Positions 19,012-26,996 of a stretch of 30,917 nucleotides of DNA are shown in pieces (the stretch's first letter is position 1; the number at the start of each line of letters is the position of its first letter). Source of the stretch: an uncultured archaeon (GTDB lineage Archaea; Asgardarchaeota; Thorarchaeia; Thorarchaeales; CAZPUN01). The notes under the pieces are model-generated. The model worked only from the letters and a program-made list of their open reading frames with translations. It made no database searches and had not been told where the DNA came from. The stretch is taken from assembly GCA_964589775.1 (NCBI GenBank), contig CAZPUN010000001.1, positions 1 through 30,917 of the forward strand. The letters run 5' to 3'. The position numbers and the translations under genes are program-made.

Positions 19012-19368
19012 TCATCTCCTCCCCAGACGTATCGCTTCAGCATCATCTCTTAATGATTTATACACATCTTCAATCATGTTTGGCTCAAGAGAAGTTGCGA
19101 TGGTATCTGGGGAAATCCTAATTATTGAACCATCTTCTGAACTCAGTACAAGCTTAAACTCATGAAGCATATCGGGACGCTCCAGACCATAACTGGATAG
19201 AGTATGCATGATCTCTTCGTCACGCAATATTGCAGGGATTTTTATCAGGTGAACACGCACCTTAGGTCTTATAGGCGTCTGTTCCGTATGTTCTCTCTCA
19301 CCCCATAGGAATAGACTTAGTGTGAATATCCCAATTAATAATATACTACCTATTACAACCCAATTCAT
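19012..19368 (-). CDS. Small single-pass membrane protein
   Basis: N-terminal TM MNWVVIGSILLIGIFTLSLFLWG; ATGA overlap with the upstream gene, 1-nt gap to the downstream gene. Confidence 0.7.
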   Translation of the reverse strand: MNWVVIGSILLIGIFTLSLFLWGEREHTEQTPIRPKVRVHLIKIPAILRDEEIMHTLSSYGLERPDMLHEFKLVLSSEDGSIIRISPDTIATSLEPNMIEDVYKSLRDDAEAIRLGRR

Positions 19369-19790
19369 TCAGATTCCCCCGTTACTCTCGCAACTAATTT
19401 TTTCAGATCCTCAGAAGTCAGATCTACAAGTTTCACATGATGAAGTACTGATTTTAATACGCTACCGGCTATCGCCTTGAATTCGACTACCTTTTGAAGT
19501 ACCTGTTCTTCATTTCTTTTGAAAAACACTCCTTGTTTTTGCTGTGCTTCTACTAAAAAGTAAATGGCGATGGAATTCCTTGTCTGTCCAGGCTCCTTTG
19601 CATCCTTTAACAGAATATGAAATCTAATTTTATAGGAATACAATACTGAAAGTGCTCTAGCAAGTGAAACTTCAATACCAACTGGAATTAAACCGATACG
19701 AAAGCCTGTTATCGCTTTAAACATGCCGTCTTTTATCAGAATCAGCACACCGTCTTCATGAACCTTGTAATAGATTTGACTTGCTAACAC
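19365..19790 (-). CDS. Hypothetical protein (141 aa)
   Basis: GTG start overlaps the helicase TAG stop; its own stop overlaps the next ATG. Confidence 0.7.
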   Translation of the reverse strand: MLASQIYYKVHEDGVLILIKDGMFKAITGFRIGLIPVGIEVSLARALSVLYSYKIRFHILLKDAKEPGQTRNSIAIYFLVEAQQKQGVFFKRNEEQVLQKVVEFKAIAGSVLKSVLHHVKLVDLTSEDLKKLVARVTGESE

Positions 19791-21724
19791 TATGGTCTCC
19801 TCCTGAAAAAGTATTTCAACGCATCAACGAGCTCTTGAGCACTTTCGTAAGCCCAAATTTCTTGTTTCCAAGTCTTTGGCAGAAATTCACGATAGGTCTT
19901 TAATCGCTTATCGAGTACTATAACAACACCTCGATCTTTTTCAGAGCGAATGAGACGCCCGCTAACTTGGAACAACTTCTTAAGGGCTGGCACAAATATT
20001 GCATATGCAAACCCATTATGGAATCGAGCATCATAGAATTCTTTCAACTTCTCATTTATTTCATCAAGAAGTGGAAATGGAATACCAGCAATGATAATTG
20101 AACTAATAGCACTTTCACCATTTATTCTGAATTCAACACCTTCGGTCCATTTTCCACCCGCAACTGCAGACACAATTACAGGCTTACCACGAGCAAGTTC
20201 CGCCTTCAAGTCTTCTAACTTTGCACCCCGCTTCTCACTTAATATTCTACGATGGACCTTCTTAACCAAATATCGCTCGATATTATCTTTGATTTTGTAA
20301 CTCGGATATGACACAAGGACAGACTTGTTTCTCGGTAAATTTCGAACTATTAATGCGATGCGTTCGGCATAAGACTCCCATAGAGATTCAGTTCGCATGT
20401 TATAATTCATAGACAATTCAGGATCTACAAGCAACAGCCGATTTCGTGAAGAATATGGACTTGGAAAACTCATCTTAACTGCCATCGGAACGCCAAGAAC
20501 GTCTGAATAGTAGTTCAAGGGATCAAAGGTTCCAGACATTAACAAAGCGGAATCTACCGAGGTTAATAATGGTGAGATATACTCAGCGGAATCAAGACCC
20601 ATTAATGTAAGCTTAGGAATTCGTTCTCGTTTACGATACCACTGAACAACAATTATGTGTGATGAATCAACGTGTGAGAGTACACTCAGATAAAATTGGC
20701 TGACTTCAACAAGCTTACTAACAACAAAAGAACCTTCCTCAAACTTCTTGCGCTCGAATGAGCTTCCAGATTCTATTAGTTTCCGTAAACTCTCCTCCTT
20801 TATGAACCGAGGTATGATTTCCCACAATTCAACTTGGACTTTATCGTCTTCGGTTTTGCCACGAAGCTTGCGTTCGCCAGTCTCTTGTAGAAATTGATAT
20901 AGGGCCACTAAATCTGTCATATCAATACCAAGGCTCTTGCCTTCTTCAATTGCCTGTTCAATATCTTTAAGTGTAATAGAAGTTGAATTCAAATTCCGTA
21001 CAACTTCGGGAAGATTGTGAGCCTCATCAATTATAAGAGAAATGTTTCCAATATCAATGTCTAGTCCTTTTATGAAATAATTTTGAATCTTGTGATCCAA
21101 TAAATAGTTATAGGAGGCGATAATTACTCTCGCACCCTTTGCCATAAATTGGGTGATATCATAAGGACACAATCTCTGTTCTACAGAACGTGCATAAACC
21201 TCAGAAGGCGAAAATTCTTGATCGTTTAGCATAATTTCAATTACATCTTTGGCTACTTGTGACGGTTCGCCATTTTTAACAGACGTATTATGGTACGGAC
21301 AATGTCCACTTGAGGAAATTAGCAAACACTTTTTCAGAAACTCGGCATAACTAATTTTTTCTTTCTTAGGTTCGAGTAGAGGGCACATCTCTTGCTTGGA
21401 CAATAAAATAGCAACTGGAATATTAACTCCCGAAGACCGCATAATCGCTTTTATTTCCTTCTCAAATATCAGTGCCTGAGATTTTGTACGTGTTAACACG
21501 ACAAGTACATTATCTCGACCATGTAATCCCTTTGCAAGAAAATATCCAACAAGCGCACTAATAGTCTTACCCGTACCACATGGAGCATTTAAAAATCCAA
21601 TCCGCTTAGATTCGAAGATCTTCTGAACATATTCAATAATTTCCTTTTGATATGCTCTCGGACGATACTCATGCGGAAAGACTGAATCAAATGATACAGA
21701 AGGCAATACTGCAGTATCTGACAA
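19790..21724 (-). CDS. XPD/Rad3/DinG-family Fe-S cluster 5'-3' DNA helicase
   Basis: PRAYQ, APCGTGKT, four Fe-S-position Cys (MCP, KKC, HCPY, LCPY), IIDEAHNL, MSGT, GKWTEGVEF, GIPFP, QVSGRLIRSEKDRG. Confidence 0.9.
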   Translation of the reverse strand: MSDTAVLPSVSFDSVFPHEYRPRAYQKEIIEYVQKIFESKRIGFLNAPCGTGKTISALVGYFLAKGLHGRDNVLVVLTRTKSQALIFEKEIKAIMRSSGVNIPVAILLSKQEMCPLLEPKKEKISYAEFLKKCLLISSSGHCPYHNTSVKNGEPSQVAKDVIEIMLNDQEFSPSEVYARSVEQRLCPYDITQFMAKGARVIIASYNYLLDHKIQNYFIKGLDIDIGNISLIIDEAHNLPEVVRNLNSTSITLKDIEQAIEEGKSLGIDMTDLVALYQFLQETGERKLRGKTEDDKVQVELWEIIPRFIKEESLRKLIESGSSFERKKFEEGSFVVSKLVEVSQFYLSVLSHVDSSHIIVVQWYRKRERIPKLTLMGLDSAEYISPLLTSVDSALLMSGTFDPLNYYSDVLGVPMAVKMSFPSPYSSRNRLLLVDPELSMNYNMRTESLWESYAERIALIVRNLPRNKSVLVSYPSYKIKDNIERYLVKKVHRRILSEKRGAKLEDLKAELARGKPVIVSAVAGGKWTEGVEFRINGESAISSIIIAGIPFPLLDEINEKLKEFYDARFHNGFAYAIFVPALKKLFQVSGRLIRSEKDRGVVIVLDKRLKTYREFLPKTWKQEIWAYESAQELVDALKYFFRRRP

Positions 21725-21725
21725 T

Positions 21726-22346
21726 CTACTTCCTCCTCTTTATATCTTCAAATAATTTGAGATGCTTCCAGTTGTCTCGAGAAATCAATGGGCCATCATC
21801 TGTCAATTGCTCAATTTTGACTGTAAAGTAACTATCAACCATATCGAGAAACTGACGAACCACCATTCCGGCACGAATCGAATTCTGATTCATTTCATAC
21901 ACAGAACGGTCTACTAATTCCGGAGAATAACAAAATCGACGAGCATAATTCCAAAAGCCGGTCTCAATTGCTGCTGCACGTTTATAATAAGTCTTAGCCA
22001 TTTCATGCGCAAGATCAATCAATTCCTTCGCAACGAAATTTTCAGGCTTTTTTGCCTTGAAATGCATATAAAATGCGGCTCCGCTCCATGATTCCTTGGG
22101 AGTCACTGTTCCTTTTAATTCACGAGTGGCTTGAATCTTTGCAAGGAGTTCCGGAAGCTTAGCATGTGGCGTATGTTCTCCTGGGTTCCATTCTACCACA
22201 ATTACAACTCTTAAAACATCATCGTCAAGAGTCAGAAAGTATGGAATTGCATTTCGTTCGAAATATCCATTAGCCATTGATACTGCAGTTTCGGGATTTA
22301 TTGCTTGAACTTTCTCCGGTGCCCTGAATAGGGATAGTATGGTCAT
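21726..22346 (-). CDS. Hypothetical protein (206 aa)
   Basis: Coupled ORF (ATGA overlap, GGAGG SD); no recognisable motif. Confidence 0.7.
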   Translation of the reverse strand: MTILSLFRAPEKVQAINPETAVSMANGYFERNAIPYFLTLDDDVLRVVIVVEWNPGEHTPHAKLPELLAKIQATRELKGTVTPKESWSGAAFYMHFKAKKPENFVAKELIDLAHEMAKTYYKRAAAIETGFWNYARRFCYSPELVDRSVYEMNQNSIRAGMVVRQFLDMVDSYFTVKIEQLTDDGPLISRDNWKHLKLFEDIKRRK

Positions 22347-22744
22347 GCTATATCAACCTCCCCTAAATCACGAGGGTCAATACCAAAATTTTCAAGTATG
22401 CCCTCTTGTCTTCGTACCCAGTCCCATTTCAACTCCGCTTCGCTAGTAGCCTGCCTTAATTTTTCTATAGAAATAGGATTATCGTGTTTTGACAGGTCCT
22501 GCAAAATCTCGAACAATCTACGCTTACGCCCATGAAGTCTGGAAAGACCATGTTTTGAAATTCCAATTTCATCCTGAAGAATTCTTACTTTTTCGACAAC
22601 ATCATCTGGCAGTGTTGCAGTCATGCTCGGAACATCAAAATCAACAAGTTCACCGCAGAATGGGCAATCAAACGGTTGTGTAGGATATTCAACTTCGGAA
22701 TATACGACGGTATTACAACTCGGGCATATTGCAACACGATACAT
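22343..22744 (-). CDS. Zinc-ribbon protein (DUF1922-like N-terminus) with helical, possibly wHTH, C-terminus
   Basis: CPSC...CPFC pair followed by VVEKVRILQ; the start directly abuts the RadA stop. Confidence 0.65.
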   Translation of the reverse strand: MYRVAICPSCNTVVYSEVEYPTQPFDCPFCGELVDFDVPSMTATLPDDVVEKVRILQDEIGISKHGLSRLHGRKRRLFEILQDLSKHDNPISIEKLRQATSEAELKWDWVRRQEGILENFGIDPRDLGEVDIA

Positions 22745-23794
22745 CTAAGCAGCCTCCTTATCTTTCTTCGCGGCTTTGATCTCTGCCTCCAGAGCCTTTT
22801 GAGCCTCGAGTTCCTTTCTTTGTGTAGAATTCATCAAGCCGTGTTCTGTGATATAGTACTTCACTTCAAATTCCGGAAGACCTGCAGCATCTTTCAATCG
22901 GAAAATCCTCTCTCCCGGGTGCTTGCCAGTGTTTCCGAGACCCAAGTAAATTCGATACGTAGATGCATGAGCAACTATATGACCGCCCACAGGAGCATTG
23001 TCATAGCCACCCACAACCGAAATCTTCGCCATGACTTGATTTGTAATGACAACCAGCATATCTGTAGCAATAGACATCTGAAGTAAGTTTCTAAGAGCAT
23101 GATTCATAGCTGCTTGACGAGTTCTTAATTGGTCCAGAGTTGAAAACTCGCTACGGAAAAGTCCAGTAAAGCTATCTATCACAAGTAACTTCACATTATT
23201 TCGTTGAGCAAGGTCTGACACACGCTCTAATAAATCGAGCATGTGCTTCGAATTCAAAACCATTGCGTATGTAATATTGCCCACTGCAGTATCTGGCTCA
23301 ATTCCAAATCTCTCAGCAATCCTTCGAATGATCTGAGGCTTGTAGGTACGCTCGGTATCCAGCCAGATAACGCGGCCGTCTAGACCCCCCTTCTCCTTTG
23401 GTAATTGGACCGTGACAGCAAGTTGACTGCACCAGTTGGTCTTTCCTGAACGCGCGGGACCATAAAATTCAACAATCGACTTTGTTTCGAATCCTTTGCC
23501 GCCTAAAGCTTCGTCTATGGTCGGAATACCTGTCGTTAGATATCCCAATCGCTTGGTTAAGAACTCTTCAGCCTCAAATCCAGACATGAAATCATAACCA
23601 ATCAGTGCCCTCGCCTGCTTTACTATGTTTTCTGCAATTGTAACTCCAATACCCACCTTGTCTGCAAGTTCAGTAGGATTTTGAACTGCAAGAATCTCCG
23701 CAGATGTGATCCACTTAGATGCCAACTTAGCTGCCAGAGCTGGACCTACACCCTTCACACGCTTTAATTCCGTAACTTGAACACTATTTTCCAT
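22745..23794 (-). CDS. radA: RadA/Rad51-family recombinase (full-length, divergent paralog)
   Basis: N-terminal HhH (VKGVGPALAAKL), Walker A GPARSGKT, VQLPKEKGGLDG, DTERT, LLVIDS, FRSEF, TNQVMA, GGHIVAHASTYRIYL. Start moved to ATG 23794 (TAATG overlap, GGAGGTG SD). Confidence 0.85.
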   Translation of the reverse strand: MENSVQVTELKRVKGVGPALAAKLASKWITSAEILAVQNPTELADKVGIGVTIAENIVKQARALIGYDFMSGFEAEEFLTKRLGYLTTGIPTIDEALGGKGFETKSIVEFYGPARSGKTNWCSQLAVTVQLPKEKGGLDGRVIWLDTERTYKPQIIRRIAERFGIEPDTAVGNITYAMVLNSKHMLDLLERVSDLAQRNNVKLLVIDSFTGLFRSEFSTLDQLRTRQAAMNHALRNLLQMSIATDMLVVITNQVMAKISVVGGYDNAPVGGHIVAHASTYRIYLGLGNTGKHPGERIFRLKDAAGLPEFEVKYYITEHGLMNSTQRKELEAQKALEAEIKAAKKDKEAA

Positions 23795-24435
23795 TATACG
23801 CACCTCCCAACAATATTCATTCGCTTAATCAAAAAGTCAAGCAAGGCTGTTGAGTCGGCATAGAGATAACTCGTTCTGAAATATGATAGATACCTTAGCC
23901 CCGCTTTCGTAATCTGCAAGTAGCTATCGTGCATGGATAACATTCCTGAATTAACAAGCTGAAACATATAATCCTCAAGACCGAATTTCGAAACATTCTC
24001 GAGTGTATGTAAAATGCGATAAATAAGAAATAATACATTAGCACTACGAGGTATAACGCCGCTCACGGGAATGTAATTCAAATCGGATATACTTTCCATA
24101 ATGCGATTCATAATCTTATTATACAGCTGAAGTGGGATTAGCCCTGCATTAATCAATCTCAGGAACTGATGCTCACCAATTATCGAAATACCGCCTGAAA
24201 CACCATTCTTGATTAAGATCCCGTATGATAAGAATACATCTTTATTGATCAGTTCCGAAGCTTCAATAGTATTACAATGTAGTCTGAGAATGTTCCCTTT
24301 TAGAGTCCCTCGAGTTTCTATTAGATAAATCAAATTACTCTTGATGGATTCATGCTCGAGAGCTCCGGAAAACATTTCCATCTCATTTCTTGCTTCAGAC
24401 ATATTCGCATATTCTCCCATGAGCAGTTCCATCAT
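23794..24435 (-). CDS. Hypothetical protein with C-terminal winged-helix motif
   Basis: LVNSGML...LQITKAGLRYL wHTH-like pattern. Start moved to ATG 24435, after a GGAGGT SD. Confidence 0.6.
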   Translation of the reverse strand: MMELLMGEYANMSEARNEMEMFSGALEHESIKSNLIYLIETRGTLKGNILRLHCNTIEASELINKDVFLSYGILIKNGVSGGISIIGEHQFLRLINAGLIPLQLYNKIMNRIMESISDLNYIPVSGVIPRSANVLFLIYRILHTLENVSKFGLEDYMFQLVNSGMLSMHDSYLQITKAGLRYLSYFRTSYLYADSTALLDFLIKRMNIVGRCV

Positions 24436-24439
24436 CAGA

Positions 24440-25372
24440 TTACCTCCTAATGTGCTGTTTGATGCGGTCAATCCATGCACGAGTTATATTCAATTGAACT
24501 TCAATCTGAGATAGAATGTCTTCAAGCATTTCATCAATAGAGTCATAATTGCGGTCCGATAGAACTAAACCAGTATCTTTTAGAAATTCCAGGGACATCG
24601 TAATTGCTTGTTTTCTCAATTCATCTCGGTCGTATGGCTCACAGAATCTGCATAGACCAGAGCTCATTAGTGGAATTTCATTGGATACACAACTAAGACA
24701 AGCCCAGATCTCCTCTGAATTCACAGGCGAAACCTCAAATTGACTAAAATTGTGGTCCTCTGTGAGACGATCTTCGATATATTCAAGAATGCCTTCATAT
24801 ACTTCAGAGAGAAGATTGATCAATCTAGCAAAATCAAGCATGACCTGGGAAAATGGTTTTCCAGTCGGATCCGGACCTACAATTACAAATGAGAAAATAT
24901 GCCCATTAGGAAGATATCTAATTCCTGCCGGTAATATCTCATAATATCGCTTTAGGTTCTCTTGGGTAGCATAAATCAGTGCTGTAGAAATTAGGAGTTC
25001 AATTGGTGAAATTCCACTCTTATCTATGATTTTCTTATCGCTGAACATAGGATTTAGAACCGTGATGTCCATCGAGAAGATAAATTCAACAATAAGACTA
25101 GGCTTTAATGAAATTACATTCACATTCATTACTTTGTACGGCGCGAAATTATTCATCTTAATTAGCCATTTGAGTGTATCTCGTACGGGAATTTCGAAAT
25201 CGTCATCCCATGAATTATCGTAAAATATATTGGAAACTAAATTCTCAAAGAAATACAAATCTGAAAGATCAATTTGCTTATCGTCAGTGCCAAGATTCCT
25301 AAGTAGCCAATCGTATATGTCCACTCTTACATATTTATTCTTATTAATCGTAGATTTATTTAGTTCAGTCAT
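24440..25372 (-). CDS. Hypothetical protein with C-terminal CxxC...CxxC zinc finger; first gene of the coupled block
   Basis: CLSC...CRFC. Start moved to ATG 25372 (MTELNK), 8 nt after GGAGG. Confidence 0.65.
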   Translation of the reverse strand: MTELNKSTINKNKYVRVDIYDWLLRNLGTDDKQIDLSDLYFFENLVSNIFYDNSWDDDFEIPVRDTLKWLIKMNNFAPYKVMNVNVISLKPSLIVEFIFSMDITVLNPMFSDKKIIDKSGISPIELLISTALIYATQENLKRYYEILPAGIRYLPNGHIFSFVIVGPDPTGKPFSQVMLDFARLINLLSEVYEGILEYIEDRLTEDHNFSQFEVSPVNSEEIWACLSCVSNEIPLMSSGLCRFCEPYDRDELRKQAITMSLEFLKDTGLVLSDRNYDSIDEMLEDILSQIEVQLNITRAWIDRIKQHIRR

Positions 25373-25452
25373 CTTATTTTCCTCCAACGCTCCTCCTATG
25401 TCTCTCGCCAAACATGTCTATTGTTGGATTGTGAAACTCGCCATTCTCGCCT

Positions 25453-26994
25453 TCATGATGAACCTATTTGCTCGTAGGCAGATTCTGGATTTTCTAGCTC
25501 ATTCAGAAGCTTGATCGATGTATTCATGTGTGCAGGTTTCATTTGTCCTGCCGGAGAACCGTTCAAAATTCGCATTTTCATATAGTTCTTGAAACTACCC
25601 TTTGGAAAGACTACCAGACGTGGTTTTAGCAACGTCCTAGTGGTTCGAAGTACATCATAGATCTCATTTATGCTACGCAGTGATTTATCAAATTCATCGA
25701 TAAAACTGTCCAAGTCTGTAGGCTTTTTGAATTCCACACCCAGAATATGTACTGCTTCGCCATCGATTACATCGCCTATGAATGTAAAATCCTCAATTTC
25801 CGCCCCAAGCTTTTCAGATACTTCATCTAATGCTTTTATGACTTGATGCTCTGTAAGTTTTTCACCAGCTAGATTTATAGTATGCTTGCTGCGACCAACT
25901 ACCTGAACCATCAGAGGGTCTGTTTTGAGAACCATAACTAAATCGCCAACTTCATACGAGAATAGACCCATCGGTGTAGATACAATAAGTTCGTATATGA
26001 AACCCTTGCGAACATCTGCTGCAGAATAGCGTTCCTTTTCAAAACCCTCAGAGTCCTTTTGAACAAACTGGAAATGATACAGATCAATATTGAGATGAGT
26101 CCCTTCGACGCTAGAATCAATATTAATTGCATACCCACCTTCAGTGCCAAAGTACATGTCCTTAAGAACAACATCACCCAATAGCTTGCGAATCACAGGC
26201 TTGTACGGCGCAATCTGAACTCCAGAATGGGCAAACATCTGCAGATTTTCCCAGATATCCTTCGGATATAAATGACCATACTTTTCAAACAGCTTCTTGA
26301 ATTTCTCACGAACCTTTGCTGAAGTAATCATATTCAAAAAATCTGAATCATTGTTCGCAATCGCCTTCATTAGGGAAAGTACAAATGGCGCAACACCTGA
26401 AACAATTGTGACATTCTCATTGATAACTGCTGCCGCTGCTCTTAACATTCGCTCCTCATAATTCTCAATGTTAAGAATCTTAATGCTGGGTATCATCTTC
26501 TTTTTGAAGAAGCGATTGGTGTAAAATTCTCGAAGAACTCCACTAATGAACCCAACATTGTATCCTGCAACAGTTCCCATATTCGATGCAGCACCGTAGG
26601 CTAAAATCTTCCCATCAATGATACGTGCATGCTCTTTGGACTCTGCAGCAAATGAAACAATCCCACGCCTAACCGCCTGCGAATACGCTTCCATAGCTGC
26701 ATGATTCAGCGGGAATAACTTTGGCTCTCCGGTAGTCCCAGATGTCTCGATCCAGTAAAAAGGAGGATCCATAGATAGAGCGTTGGATAGCCCATGCTTA
26801 ATAGCATCAATATACGGCGTGTAATATGAATAATCCGTAAGTGGAGTACGATTTACAAGATCGTCAAAAGTTCTTACAGATCCAATATCATGCCGTCTTC
26901 CAAATATTGTATTTCTACTTAGTTTGACCAGATACTTCAATACCTGATCCTGTGTCTCATCTATATGCTCAAAGCGTTTCCATATTTTTTTCAT
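25453..26994 (-). CDS. GH3-family acyl acid-amido synthetase (ANL adenylate-forming enzyme)
   Basis: QDQVL...NTIFGRRH, PLTDY, motif I TSGTTGEPKLFP, motif II YFGTEG, motif III YEVGD, GRSKHTINLAGEK, GQMKP. Start probably ATG 26994 or 26997, at the AAGGTGA SD. Confidence 0.85.
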   Translation of the reverse strand: MKKIWKRFEHIDETQDQVLKYLVKLSRNTIFGRRHDIGSVRTFDDLVNRTPLTDYSYYTPYIDAIKHGLSNALSMDPPFYWIETSGTTGEPKLFPLNHAAMEAYSQAVRRGIVSFAAESKEHARIIDGKILAYGAASNMGTVAGYNVGFISGVLREFYTNRFFKKKMIPSIKILNIENYEERMLRAAAAVINENVTIVSGVAPFVLSLMKAIANNDSDFLNMITSAKVREKFKKLFEKYGHLYPKDIWENLQMFAHSGVQIAPYKPVIRKLLGDVVLKDMYFGTEGGYAINIDSSVEGTHLNIDLYHFQFVQKDSEGFEKERYSAADVRKGFIYELIVSTPMGLFSYEVGDLVMVLKTDPLMVQVVGRSKHTINLAGEKLTEHQVIKALDEVSEKLGAEIEDFTFIGDVIDGEAVHILGVEFKKPTDLDSFIDEFDKSLRSINEIYDVLRTTRTLLKPRLVVFPKGSFKNYMKMRILNGSPAGQMKPAHMNTSIKLLNELENPESAYEQIGSS

Positions 26995-26996
26995 CA

